A DNA stretch of 64,000 bases from an uncultured Acidobacteriota bacterium (GTDB taxonomy: Bacteria > Acidobacteriota > UBA6911 > RPQK01 > JAPXNP01). Position numbers and translations under genes: made by a program. How positions within the stretch are numbered: position 1 is the stretch's first letter; each line of letters opens with the position of its first letter. Below the pieces are notes generated by a model that saw only the letters and a list, made by a program, of their open reading frames with translations, ran no database searches and was not told where the DNA came from. Of this stretch, positions 1 to 9,422 are shown piece after piece. Location: assembly GCA_963777605.1 (NCBI GenBank), contig CAVZRV010000011.1, positions 1-64,000 on the forward strand, given 5' to 3'.

Positions 1-421
1 GTTCGTCATCCTCCTGTATTCGGTGACAGAAGCTCTCTTCATTTCCTCGTGCAAAGAAATTGCTGAGAGGAGTAAAGAGACCTTTCCGGTTCCGAGAGCC
101 CAAGGGAGTGCACTTGAGAAGGGCAGGGCCTTCCTGCGGCAGTTGGAGATTGAGTTACCCAAACAATGGGCTGATATCCGCTTCATCCAGGACGTGCGGA
201 ACTGCATAGTCCATTCTCCGAGCAAGGTGGCCGGCTGCCATGGGGTTGATCGTCTGATGCGCCAAAGCGGGAAGAAGCCTGGATTCTCTGTTAAGTATGG
301 CAAGATCGTCTTGATGCAGGAGTTCTGCGAATTTGCAGTGGCAACTTCCTCCAATTTCTTTAAGGAACTCCTGGTCCCCCCGCTCGTCGGCTCTCCTGAG
401 CTAATGATCGAAGGTGAGTAG
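1..421 (+). CDS. HEPN-like domain protein (5' end outside window)
   Basis: Frame is open from the window start. Helical protein carrying an R-N-C-I-V-H (Rx4H) HEPN-type motif. Confidence 0.5.
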   Translation, partial: FVILLYSVTEALFISSCKEIAERSKETFPVPRAQGSALEKGRAFLRQLEIELPKQWADIRFIQDVRNCIVHSPSKVAGCHGVDRLMRQSGKKPGFSVKYGKIVLMQEFCEFAVATSSNFFKELLVPPLVGSPELMIEGE

Positions 422-766
422 CGCCGTGGTATCCGTCAACAGGGGAGGGGGGCGTCAGTGTAGGGGAAGGAGATTTCCTCCACGACAGGCTCCAAGCAGT
501 TGCCCCAAATCACGTCGAGTCCAAATCGCCGACCAGGCCGTTGAACGTCCGCCACGGTCCCAAGCGAACAGGGCTTAATAAAATCAACCTCAGCTCATAA
601 CCCAACGGTTCGAAGGCGCCACTACCTCTGCCGTCGCGAGAGGACTATCCCCTGTCCGCCCTTGCCGTTGTGCATCACATTTCACGATGATTGAATGACT
701 GTGAATACGAAGCGCCCACTGACGTAAACCAGCAGGGGGGCTAGAATGCGGCCACAGGAGACGTGC

Positions 767-1619
767 ATGACAGAAACACAAGGGAGGTCACAGGCCAGAC
801 GTCGGACTGGTACATCTTTCGATTTTCGGCTCTTAGCGACTTTCTTCCTTTGCTGGATCGCTCTGGGCATAGCTCCACAGACTTGGGGAATCGAGAATCT
901 ACTCGGAGGTATGCTGATTGTCTTCATCGCTCCTCGCTGGCCTGTCGATTCATCACCGACGAAAGTTGGGATGGCGGTGGCCGGGTGTTGGAGCAGCAAA
1001 TGCCGTCGCACAAATCATCTTTTGGCTCTGGCTCGGCTGCCTGTTCGCCTCGCTCATCGTGAGTCTGGCCGGTCGCGAAGGTCGTGATTTGGTCACCTTC
1101 CTCGGATGTCTGGGAACGGTCCTGCTTTATGCACTCTTGAGCGCCCTCAACCTCGTCTTCGCTCAACAGTCCGAATTCCTCCGCAATTGTCGCCGAGACT
1201 TCTTGCTTGCAGACCCCAGTGCCGCCGTGGAAGAAGAGGTTCAGAATACACTGACTCCAACGATCCGCTCCCGGCCCAAATGGCACGACGCTGTCCACTG
1301 GTTCATTCTCTTCCTCTGGCTAGCCCTAATGAGTGCCATGGTCGGCCACCGGATCTATCTGAATCGACTGACCGAGCGAGACCAGACCGAACTCGCCCCG
1401 GAGCGAACGGAACGCATCAAGGAGGGTCGAAAGACGATTCGCATCACACCGGACGAAAAGGAACGGTTGACGATCCTTGCCGACATCTTTACTTGGGGCA
1501 TGCCATTCTGGATCGTCTGCTTCTTGGTTGCCCGATTTCTGCTCGGCGTGAAGTTATACGGGGTAAAATCTACGCCCCCTGAAGCGAAAGTTGAGCCCCC
1601 ACGCAACCGATCTCCGTAG
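767..1619 (+). CDS. Hypothetical multi-pass membrane protein, one apparent frameshift near 930
   Basis: ORFs 746-1087 (N-terminal hydrophobic segments) and 918-1619 (further TM segments) join into one plausible reading near ...MLIVFIA/LLAGLSIHH. Confidence 0.45.
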
Positions 1620-1818
1620 CACGGGTCTTAGAAACCTTGTTCGAGTCAGGATCTGGTAGGGTCAAATCCCAAGGAGGGTGTGGTTGAAGGTGTCCAGCAC
1701 CTTGCATCGCTGATTTTGCCGGTTGTGTAAATAGAGCGGGGTGCCATGTAAAGTGGTTCCGGCAAAGTGAAACGCTCAATGGCGTCTCCCGCTTTTCTCC
1801 CACTCTGGACCCCAATTC

Positions 1819-1899
1819 TTCCTAATTATTCGGTATTTGAGGATGGCGGAAAACCCGGTAACTCGTTGAAATTCCTAATGATTCCTAATGATTCGGCAT
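1819..1899. repeat. Repeated TTCCTAATkATTCGGyAT motif and tandem ATTCCTAATG; putative integrase arm-type sites
   Basis: ttcctaattattcggtat (1819-1836) and attcctaatg-attcctaatg-attcggcat (1871-1899) lie directly left of the tRNA fragment. Confidence 0.55.
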
Positions 1900-1910
1900 A
1901 CTGATCTTTA

Positions 1911-1957
1911 TCTGCAAAACCTTTATTCAGCGGTTCGAATCCGCTCGCCGCCTCCAA
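1911..1957 (+). mobile_element. att site: 3' half of tRNA-Cys(GCA), from anticodon loop to CCA, with no 5' half
   Basis: tctGCAaaacctttattcagcgGTTCGAATccgctcgccgcctCCA contains the GCA anticodon loop, T-arm and CCA end. Upstream DNA cannot form the GGCGGCG acceptor 5' strand or a D-arm. Confidence 0.85.
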
Positions 1958-2199
1958 CTCCCTCTTTAAACTGTTGAAAATCAACAATCTTCTCAGCGGA
2001 CAGTTTTTGAGCAGGGTTTTTCAGGTGGCGAATTTGGGCCTTCGTCTCCCCCGGGTTTCCCTCCCCACCTCGAGCACGATTGATGGCAAAGCCAGGTGAG
2101 AAATTAGCCGAGTACTGTTCGGTCGTGCGAATCGATGCGGGCTGTTGCAGGGCGTCATTCGATCCTGAATCGGGCTGAGGCCGAGGGGCTTGTCAATTT

Positions 2200-2514
2200 T
2201 CACGCCACTTGCAACGGCTGGATGCGCTCGACGTCTTTCTCGATCGACTGCGCAGCGTCCCAGAGGTCAACCGCCCTCTGGGCGTTCAGCCAGAATTCAG
2301 GTGTGTTCCCGAACAATCGGGCCAGGCGAAGCGCCATTTCCGGGCTCAGGGCCCGCCGTTCCCGCAGCAGTTCGTTGACCGTCTGACGGGACACCCCGAT
2401 CGCCCGTGCGAGCGAGGATGCGGTCAGGTTGTAATCAGGGAGGAAGTCTTCCCTCAACATCTCGCCCGGATGGGTCGGGCGAACGGTCCTTTTTCCTGTG
2501 TTTTCAAAGCTCAT
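2200..2514 (-). CDS. higA: HigA family antitoxin (HTH)
   Basis: PTHPGEMLREDFL...LARAIGVSRQTVNELL...SPEMALRLARLFGNTPEFWLNAQ is typical HigA. Confidence 0.93.
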   Translation of the reverse strand: MSFENTGKRTVRPTHPGEMLREDFLPDYNLTASSLARAIGVSRQTVNELLRERRALSPEMALRLARLFGNTPEFWLNAQRAVDLWDAAQSIEKDVERIQPLQVA

Positions 2515-2527
2515 AGCGAATCCGCTC

Positions 2528-2809
2528 CTAGTGGTAGTCGGTGATCTCGACATCGTATGCGTCACCATCGACGAACCGAAAACAAATCCGCCACTGGTCG
2601 TTGACTGCAATCGCATACTGGCCACGCCGTTCACGCTCAAGTGCATGTAACCGATTGTCCGGCGGGACTCTCAGATCGTCCAAACAGGTCGCAAGGTCAA
2701 CATACTCCAGCTTCCGGACAGCTCTCCTGACCACGTCGGGCGGAATACGCCTCGATTTGCCGGTGACATACAGTGCCTGCGTGTGTCGATCGGCAAACGT
2801 CTTGATCAC
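2528..2809 (-). CDS. higB: HigB/RelE-ParE family toxin
   Basis: GTG start; IKTFAD...DLRVPPDNRLHALE...GQYAIAVNDQWRICFRF..DAYDVEITDYH; toxin lies upstream of antitoxin. Confidence 0.93.
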   Translation of the reverse strand: MIKTFADRHTQALYVTGKSRRIPPDVVRRAVRKLEYVDLATCLDDLRVPPDNRLHALERERRGQYAIAVNDQWRICFRFVDGDAYDVEITDYH

Positions 2810-2816
2810 AAGTCCG

Positions 2817-2845
2817 AGTGTAACGCGCCGCGTGACACCAGTCAA
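2817..2845 (-). promoter_or_regulatory. sigma70 promoter of higBA with overlapping palindromic operator
   Basis: Minus strand TTGACT-N17-TACACT. Inverted repeat gtgtaacgcg-c-cgcgtgacac (2818-2838) covers the spacer. The GTG start is 7 nt after the -10 box. Confidence 0.75.
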
Positions 2846-3030
2846 CAGCCACAGGCTAAAATCTCCCGGATGTCGCCGAACGTAAGAAATCGTGGAATCC
2901 GCCGCGGCGTCTTGACCTTCCGCACTCCGGCCACCGGCGACCGCTCCACCAGGCGGTGATGGAAAGCCCAGAAGTAGAACGAGTTCAGCGAGGCAATCTT
3001 GCGGTTGATCGTCGAAGCCCAGATCCTTCT
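2842..3030 (-). pseudogene. Tyrosine recombinase (XerC/D/Int-like) N-terminal fragment
   Basis: Frame absent from the ORF track: ASTINRKIASLNSFYFWAFHHRLVERSPVAGVRKVKTPRRIPRFLTFGDIREIL. Matches the core-binding-domain/linker pattern; no catalytic domain. Confidence 0.75.
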
Positions 3031-3401
3031 TTTTCTACGTCTCTTAGAATCAGCAGCTTATCCCTTCAAATTCCAAGGGTGCCAGTTCTCATGAAATATC
3101 CGGTGATCCGTGTCTCCCGTTTTGACTGTCGAAACCACAAGGTATCTGTCTCTTCGCCCGACCAAAAGAAGTTGGCATATGAATCAACATATGGATTCAG
3201 TCTTCCCTCTACCGGCGAAGGAACCGAGGCACGGGGATCATGCCGTGCGGGTCTGAAGCGTCAAGGTCCCCGACGCCAAGTACATTTCCTTAGCGAAATG
3301 TGACTAAGACTTGGGCGAAACGCGTTCGCGATCCGAGGATCCCTTTCAATGAATTGTGGTTTGCGGGAAGTAGAGGTTCTGATGCAGGGAGGCCGACGCG
3401 C

Positions 3402-4082
3402 TCACGCAAGATACATCCAGGAGAGATAAATCCCGACTCCCAGAAAGATCGCGCCGGTCAGCCTTCTAGCCCAGAATTCAAACTGCTTGAGTTTGCCGAA
3501 CACCGAACCTACGGACCTGGCCCCGCCGGCCAGGATGGCCGATATGGCCAGCACTGGAACGGCTGTCCCGAGGCCGAAGCAGCCGGGCAACAGAAGCGCA
3601 GAGCTGAATCCCACCGCCAAGGGTATCAAGCTGCCAAAGAAGAGCCCGGCGGAGACCGGGCAGAAGGCCAGGGCAAACAGGGACCCAAGCAGCACGGGGC
3701 CGACGCCGGGGACGCCGGAAACACGATGCCCAATCCTTCCGGTCCAATCCCCGCGCGTCTGCGGAATCGGGATGATGCGGAGTATAACGAGGCCCGCCAG
3801 AATCAACAAAGGGCCAAGAACTCGATTCATTTCCGACTGAAGAAACTGGGCTGCTTCGAAGACCGAAGTGAGGCTCGTGACGATCGCCACGCTAATCAGC
3901 GTGTACGCCGCCGCTCGCCCGGCGGTGTACAGCACTCCGTTTGTGAAAACCCGCCCGATCGACGTCACGTCCTTCGAGATGTAGGACAGCGCGGCGATGT
4001 TGGTCGCCAACGGGCAGGGGCTGATCGACGTCAGGATCCCCAGCCAGAGGGCAGTCGACAGACCGATCCAGAGTGATTCCAT
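3402..4082 (-). CDS. arsG: ArsG-family (CcdA-like) aminoaromatic arsenical permease
   Basis: LGILTSISPCPLATNIAA and LAFCPVSAGLFFGSLIP motifs; ~6 TM; last gene of the ars operon. Confidence 0.75.
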   Translation of the reverse strand: MESLWIGLSTALWLGILTSISPCPLATNIAALSYISKDVTSIGRVFTNGVLYTAGRAAAYTLISVAIVTSLTSVFEAAQFLQSEMNRVLGPLLILAGLVILRIIPIPQTRGDWTGRIGHRVSGVPGVGPVLLGSLFALAFCPVSAGLFFGSLIPLAVGFSSALLLPGCFGLGTAVPVLAISAILAGGARSVGSVFGKLKQFEFWARRLTGAIFLGVGIYLSWMYLA

Positions 4083-4546
4083 CAGTGGCCTTTGATGAAC
4101 TGCGCCAACTCCGAGCGAACGTAATCTTTATAGCTTTCCGGACTCCAGACCAGTTCCCAAATCTTGTCCAGGTTTTTCCAGCGCCGGGGCTTCCCATCCA
4201 CCTCATCGACCAGTACGAGGGACTTTGTGATCAGCTTAAAATCCTGGACATAATGCCGATTCTCCGGGGTTTCGACATTGACCACTTGCCACTTCAGGCT
4301 GCCCGAATTCAGTTCACTTGCGTAAGTCTGCTCGATGGCTTCCTTTGCCAACGCTTCGATCTTGAGACACGTTGAGCAGTGGGCGGTGGTGTGGAAGTAG
4401 TATGCAACGACCTGGCCTGCCGGCGTGTCGGCAGATTTCCCCCCACCCTCCCCACGCGGAGATGCGGCAACCCAGCTCATCAGCAGGATGACAAAGAGGA
4501 CACGAATGGTGCCGTAACAGGGGCGTTTTGACGGGATAACCCACAT
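4082..4546 (-). CDS. arsF: ArsF-family exported thioredoxin-like protein
   Basis: Signal/TM segment, then VVAYYFHTTAHCSTCLKIE (CxxC) and WKNLDKIWELV; overlaps arsG. Confidence 0.7.
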   Translation of the reverse strand: MWVIPSKRPCYGTIRVLFVILLMSWVAASPRGEGGGKSADTPAGQVVAYYFHTTAHCSTCLKIEALAKEAIEQTYASELNSGSLKWQVVNVETPENRHYVQDFKLITKSLVLVDEVDGKPRRWKNLDKIWELVWSPESYKDYVRSELAQFIKGH

Positions 4547-4561
4547 TTTGCCGTTCTCCTT

Positions 4562-5038
4562 TCAGCCGATTCTTGTTGAACGGGTCGCCGGATCCCATTG
4601 TTCTTCGAGACGGCCGGGAAGCCGCTCCACGAATGCCCGAATCTCGTCCCGGACGCGGCGATAGTGGCTGAGCGCCTCCTCCTCGGTCCGGGCCGAGCGG
4701 GCCAGCCTCGGCGGGTCGTCGAAGCCGACATGGACGACCCTGGTTTTCCCGGGAAAGACCGGGCAGGTCTCGTGGGCATTGTTGCAGACGGTCACCACCC
4801 AATCGAATGGAATATCGAGCAGTTCGGTTACGTTTTGGGATTGTTGCTGACTGATGTCGACCCCGGCTTCCGCCATGACACGGACGGCGTTCGGGTTGAG
4901 CCCGTGGGTTTCGATCCCGGCGGAGTAGGCTTCGATGGAGTCGGATTTCAGATGCCGCGCCCACCCTTCAGCCATCTGGCTGCGGCAGGAGTTGCCGGTG
5001 CATAGAAACAGGATCTTGAGCTGCGCTTTGTTCGTCAT
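4562..5038 (-). CDS. arsC: Arsenate reductase, LMW-PTP/thioredoxin type
   Basis: [18 protein letters not shown]-loop; [17 protein letters not shown]; FDDP. ATG at 5038. Confidence 0.93.
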   Translation of the reverse strand: MTNKAQLKILFLCTGNSCRSQMAEGWARHLKSDSIEAYSAGIETHGLNPNAVRVMAEAGVDISQQQSQNVTELLDIPFDWVVTVCNNAHETCPVFPGKTRVVHVGFDDPPRLARSARTEEEALSHYRRVRDEIRAFVERLPGRLEEQWDPATRSTRIG

Positions 5039-5114
5039 AGGTTTCGTATGCCTTTCCCGAGCTGATTGTCTGCCGTGTAACGGCGTGTCCTTCGTGCCGG
5101 CTCTGTCGGTCCCC

Positions 5115-6249
5115 TCACCCCTTCCGCGGCTCGAGCCGTTCTTCTGAATACCAGCGACGCTGGAGCCAGAAAGCCACATTGACCAGGCCGATCAAGACCG
5201 GGACTTCGACCAGCGGCCCGATGACCGCCGCAAATGCGGCCCCGGAGTTGATCCCGAACACCGCCACCGCCACCGCAATGGCCAGCTCGAAATTGTTGCT
5301 GGCGGCCGTAAACGACAGCGTTGCCGACTTCGAGTAGTCGGCACCCATCTTCTTCCCCAACCAAAAACTCACCAGGAACATGAGAACGAAGTAGATCAGC
5401 AGCGGAACCGCAATGCGCAGAACGTCCAGGGGGATCCGCACGACCAGCCCACCTTTGAGGCTGAACATGACCACGATCGTAAAGAGCAGGGCGATCAGAG
5501 TGATGGGGCTGATTTTGGGGATGAAGACCTCGTGATACCAGGTCTTTCCCCGAGCCTTCACGAGCAACGAAGCGCGTCAGGATGCCCGCCACAAAGGGAA
5601 TGCCGAGATAGATGAAAACGCTTTCCGCAATCTGGCCCATGGTGACGTCGACCATGACGCCCTTCAAGCCAAGCAGGGGTGGAAGCCAGGTGATGAAGAA
5701 CCAGGCATAGACACTGTAGAACAGGACCTGAAACACGCTGTTGAAGGCGACCAGTCCCGCGCAGTATTCCGTATCCCCCTTCGCCAGTTCATTCCAGACG
5801 ATGACCATGGCGATGCAGCGGGCGAGGCCGATCATGATCAGCCCGACCATGTATTCGGGATAGCCTCTCAAGAAGACTACCGCCAGAGTGAACATCAGGA
5901 TCGGGCCGATGAGCCAATTCTGAATCAGGGACAAGCCCAGGATCCTCCGGTTGCGAAACACATCGCCCAATTCCTCGTAGCGTACCTTGGCCAGTGGCGG
6001 ATACATCATCAGGATCAGCCCTGCGGCGATGGGAATATTGGTGGTTCCGACCTGGAAATGGTCGAGGAAGACCTCCACACCCGAGACGAAGTATCCGATG
6101 GCGACGCCGGCTGCCATGGCCATGAAGATCCACAGCGTCAGGAAGCGGTCGAGGAACGAAAGACGGCCCACGACCCGCGGCTTCGGGATCTCCGGCGGCA
6201 CCATCTCATACGACTCCGGGTAAACTCGATCCGTCTTTTGCTCATTCAC
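5115..6249 (-). CDS. acr3: Acr3 arsenite efflux permease (one-base frameshift near 5566)
   Basis: [32 protein letters not shown] and [24 protein letters not shown] motifs are split across two ORFs by one extra T. GTG start with aaggag RBS. Confidence 0.9.
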
Positions 6250-6277
6250 GATCGCACGGACTCCTTGTCCTGCGGAT

Positions 6278-7105
6278 TCAACGTTCCGCCGGCTTTGTCG
6301 CGCGGATCGCGGCACTCATAAAGCGCCCGTCGATCTCTGCGGAGACGGCATCGGCGTCCAATCCCTGATCTGCCAGGAAGTCTCTCGCGTCTTCGGCTCG
6401 GTAGACGCGAGTCGGTTCCAGGGTGATTTTCTCGAATCCGGCCGCCTCAAGACCTGCCGCATACTCGGCCTCCTCGAGGGCGCCGGCGACACAACCGATC
6501 CAGAGTTCGACGTTGCGGCGGACGACGTCGGGGACTTCACCCCGGACCACAACATCGGCAACAGTGAGGCGCCCGCCCGGCTTCAGCACTCGGAAGGCTT
6601 CTTTGAAAACCTGTCGCTTGTCGGCGGAGAGGTTGATCACGCAGTTGGAGATAATCACGTCGACCGAGTTATCCGGAAGCGGAATGTCCTCGATCTCCCC
6701 TTTGAGGAACTCCACATTGTCCACGCCCGCGTTTCGTTGATTCTCACGGGCAAGCTCCAGCATTTCATCGGTCATGTCGAGACCGTAGGCCTTCCCCCCC
6801 GGTCCCACTCTCCGGGCGGAAAGGAGCACGTCGATCCCGCCCCCGCTTCCCAGGTCGAGGACCGTTTCACCCGGCTTGAGCTCGGCCAGAGCCGTCGGAT
6901 TCCCGCATCCGAGCGAGGCCAGGAAGGCCTTCTCGGGAACCAGGCTCTGCTCGGGAGCGGCGTAGAGGCCCGAGGTGATCGGATCGCAACTCGACCCGCC
7001 GCAGCAACAGGAAGCGGTCTTGCGGTTCATGACCTCAAGGGCCCGGTTCCCGTAACTGGATTGAATCTCTCTCTTGAGTTGAGTCTCTTTATTCATTTCA
7101 TTCAT
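6278..7105 (-). CDS. arsM: Arsenite S-adenosylmethionine methyltransferase
   Basis: [40 protein letters not shown] conserved ArsM motifs. Confidence 0.95.
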   Translation of the reverse strand: MNEMNKETQLKREIQSSYGNRALEVMNRKTASCCCGGSSCDPITSGLYAAPEQSLVPEKAFLASLGCGNPTALAELKPGETVLDLGSGGGIDVLLSARRVGPGGKAYGLDMTDEMLELARENQRNAGVDNVEFLKGEIEDIPLPDNSVDVIISNCVINLSADKRQVFKEAFRVLKPGGRLTVADVVVRGEVPDVVRRNVELWIGCVAGALEEAEYAAGLEAAGFEKITLEPTRVYRAEDARDFLADQGLDADAVSAEIDGRFMSAAIRATKPAER

Positions 7106-7156
7106 TGGCGGTTAGCTCCAATTCCCAAACAATGGCCGGGAGTGCCTGCAGAACGC

Positions 7157-7396
7157 TCAGGCCCCGACCGATAGAAGCTTCCTGATCTCATCGACCGACG
7201 AGGGTTTCCCCACCATTCGGACTTTGCCGTCGACGACGAGAGCCGGGGTCATCAGGACGCCTCGCTTGACGATCTCGTCGATCGACGTCACCTTCTCAAT
7301 CTCGCAGTCCAGGCCGAGTTCCGCGACTGCATTCTCCGCGTTGGCGGCCAGGTTCTTGCACTTGGTGCAGCCCGGGCCCAAGATTTCGATCTTCAT
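7157..7396 (-). CDS. Small redox-active disulfide (thioredoxin-like) protein
   Basis: MKIEILGPGCTKC...GVLMTPALVVDG; commonly adjacent to arsP. Confidence 0.9.
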   Translation of the reverse strand: MKIEILGPGCTKCKNLAANAENAVAELGLDCEIEKVTSIDEIVKRGVLMTPALVVDGKVRMVGKPSSVDEIRKLLSVGA

Positions 7397-8712
7397 ATCA
7401 ACCCTCCATCAATGAACAGTCCATAAATCCGCCCGGCGGTTGTCGCCATCAGGATCACGAGAGCGGTGAACACCGCGGTCTTTTTCACTCCAAGGACCGA
7501 GCGAATCACCAGGATGCTCGGCAGCGACAGGGCCGGTCCGGCCAACAGTAACGCAAGCGCCGGCCCCTGGGCCATTCCATGCTCGATCAGCGCCTGGAGA
7601 ATCGGGATCTCCGTCAATGTGGCAAAGTAGAAGAGGCAACCCACCACCGACGCGACCAGGGTGGAAACCACACCGTTGTCTCCCACCCAGGCGGCGATTT
7701 GCTGGTCGGGAAGCAGTTGGCCCAGGAAACCGACGATGAAGACGCCCCCGAAAAGGAGCGGAACCAGGAGCTTGGTGAAATCCCAGGTGTTGGCCATCCA
7801 CTCGCGCAACTCTTCTCGCTCGAACCATTGCCAGACCATTGCCAGTACGGCCAGACCCATCAGCCCCGCAAGGAGCCATTTGACCCGGTAGATCGCCATT
7901 ACCCAGTTCTGTTCCTCCTGGATGGTGCCGATTCCTGCCTTCTCCAGAGTCAATTTGTCTCCAACCGTGTGAGAGCCGGCGGTTTCTTCCAGCTGAAGGA
8001 CGATGTCGCTGCGGGTCTCCTGAAGCATCACGCCCTGAAGGACGGTACCGTCATTCAGGTGGACGACGACGTTCCCCGGGTTGTACCAGTCGCTGAAGAT
8101 CAGGAAGGCCATCATGGCGGCAAAGTAGAGCGCCGTCTGCCAGAGCTTGCGGCGGGGCTGGGGCGGGTCGGGCAGCTGCATCGTTGCGGCCTCCCGTTCT
8201 TTTTCGTCATTCCGAAACAGAGCGGCCATGATCAGGCCGAGCAGGATTCCGAAAACGATCGCTCCGACGGCCCGCCAAAGGCCAAGCTGAAAGCCGAGAA
8301 CCCGGGCGGTCAGGAAGATTGCCAGAATGTTGAGTGCCGGTCCGGAATAAAGGAATGCCGATGCAGGACCGAGGCCGGCACCGACGCGATAGATCCCGGT
8401 GAACATCGGAAGCACACTGCAGGAGCAGACGGCCAGGACGGTTCCGGAAATGGAGGCCACCGAATAGGCCTCAGTTTTCCGGGCCTTCGGCCCCAGGTGC
8501 TTGAGGACCGCCTCTTTGGAAAGAAACGTCGTGATTGCTCCGGCGATAAAGAGCGCGGGAACGACGCAGGCCAGGGTGTGGTTTCTCGCGTACCACTGCA
8601 GCATCCGGAACGCTTCCAGGATGGCGGCCTGGATGTCGGGATTCGACAGGGGCAGGAAGTAGGCGACCAGGAAGATCGCCGCAAACGCGCTGAAGATCTT
8701 GAATTCTCTCAT
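7393..8712 (-). CDS. arsP: ArsP/DUF318-family permease (methylarsenite efflux type)
   Basis: LAVCSCSVLPMF, AFLYSGPALNIL, YFATLTEIPI and LLLAGPALSLP motifs. Confidence 0.85.
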   Translation of the reverse strand: MREFKIFSAFAAIFLVAYFLPLSNPDIQAAILEAFRMLQWYARNHTLACVVPALFIAGAITTFLSKEAVLKHLGPKARKTEAYSVASISGTVLAVCSCSVLPMFTGIYRVGAGLGPASAFLYSGPALNILAIFLTARVLGFQLGLWRAVGAIVFGILLGLIMAALFRNDEKEREAATMQLPDPPQPRRKLWQTALYFAAMMAFLIFSDWYNPGNVVVHLNDGTVLQGVMLQETRSDIVLQLEETAGSHTVGDKLTLEKAGIGTIQEEQNWVMAIYRVKWLLAGLMGLAVLAMVWQWFEREELREWMANTWDFTKLLVPLLFGGVFIVGFLGQLLPDQQIAAWVGDNGVVSTLVASVVGCLFYFATLTEIPILQALIEHGMAQGPALALLLAGPALSLPSILVIRSVLGVKKTAVFTALVILMATTAGRIYGLFIDGGLI

Positions 8713-8731
8713 CCGTCCATTCGATTCAGCT

Positions 8732-8747
8732 ATGGCAATATCGCCAT
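8732..8747. promoter_or_regulatory. Putative ArsR operator, copy 2 (upstream of arsP)
   Basis: atggcaatatcgccat, an imperfect palindrome identical at 14/16 positions to the copy at 9102. Confidence 0.7.
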
Positions 8748-8774
8748 GTCTCTCAGGAACAAAAAGCAGTCCCG

Positions 8775-9095
8775 TCAGAGTTGGACCAACTCCTGCTGTT
8801 CGCGAAGATTCTGGAGCAGCACCGCTTCAATGCAGCCAAAGAACTGGTCCAGGCACTGGCAGCGGATCGAGTAGTAGTTCATGGCACCCTGCTTTTCCAT
8901 GCGGAGAAAGCCGGCCTCTTTGAGAATCGCCAAATGCTTGGAGACGGTCGATTGATCCGCTCCCACGAGTTCGGTCATCTCATTCACGCAAAGAGACGTC
9001 TCGGACAGCGCATCGAGAATCAGAAGGCGCGTGGGATGCGCCAGGGCCCGGGCAATCTTGGCTCTCGCCTCGTACTGTTGCGGCTGCTTCTTCAT
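8775..9095 (-). CDS. arsR: ArsR/SmtB family repressor
   Basis: ALAHPTRLLIL..LCVNEM..QSTVSKHLAILKEAG; C-terminal Cys cluster RCQC..GC. Confidence 0.9.
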   Translation of the reverse strand: MKKQPQQYEARAKIARALAHPTRLLILDALSETSLCVNEMTELVGADQSTVSKHLAILKEAGFLRMEKQGAMNYYSIRCQCLDQFFGCIEAVLLQNLREQQELVQL

Positions 9096-9101
9096 TTCCG
9101 G

Positions 9102-9117
9102 ATGGCAATATTACCAT
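9102..9117. promoter_or_regulatory. Putative ArsR operator, copy 1, overlapping the arsR extended -10 box
   Basis: atggcaatattaccat palindrome 7 nt upstream of the arsR ATG; minus-strand TGg-TAATAT lies inside it. Confidence 0.75.
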
Positions 9118-9201
9118 GAGCGCAGAAGTCTCCACAAGCTTTCGGCCAACCACCTTGCGCAGTCAGGATCTGCCCTGAAACTTCATTTGGGAAAAGACGC
9201 A

Positions 9202-9287
9202 TTGAAACGCCAGGTCGCGAAGGGCGCCAAGGGCAATCTTTTTGGAAACAAAAGATTTCTTCGCGCCTTGGCGCCTTTGAGGTTCAA
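9202..9287. repeat. Long imperfect palindrome, REP-like
   Basis: ttgaaacgcc...ggcgccaagg..aatctttt / aaaagatt..ccttggcgcc...ggttcaa, intergenic. Confidence 0.55.
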
Positions 9288-9422
9288 AACGCCTCTGGCA
9301 CGTTTCACGCGCTGATTGAGCCCCGCGAAGCGAGAGGGGCGGGGCTCACTTGGTTCGACCAGCGCTCGAATCAGACCCTCTGTCGCCGGACCGGAAGTTG
9401 AAGGAGGACGCCGACAGGCGCG

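Noticed and set aside
600-673. Integron attC site (ACCCAAC...GTTGTGC with partial inverted repeat)
   Set aside because: R' deviates from GTTRRRY, internal pairing is poor, there is only one copy and no intI in the window.
1871-1899. CRISPR array
   Set aside because: Only a 10-bp tandem duplication with no spacers. No repeat-spacer array or cas gene was seen anywhere in the window.
1841-1957. Intact or intron-containing tRNA-Cys
   Set aside because: Upstream ggatggcgga cannot pair with the cgccgcc acceptor 3' strand, and no D-arm or 5' anticodon stem is present. It is an att fragment.
3176-3193. CATATG-N6-CATATG palindrome as a metal-repressor operator
   Set aside because: Single copy, unlike the ArsR motif found twice, and no intact gene downstream to regulate.
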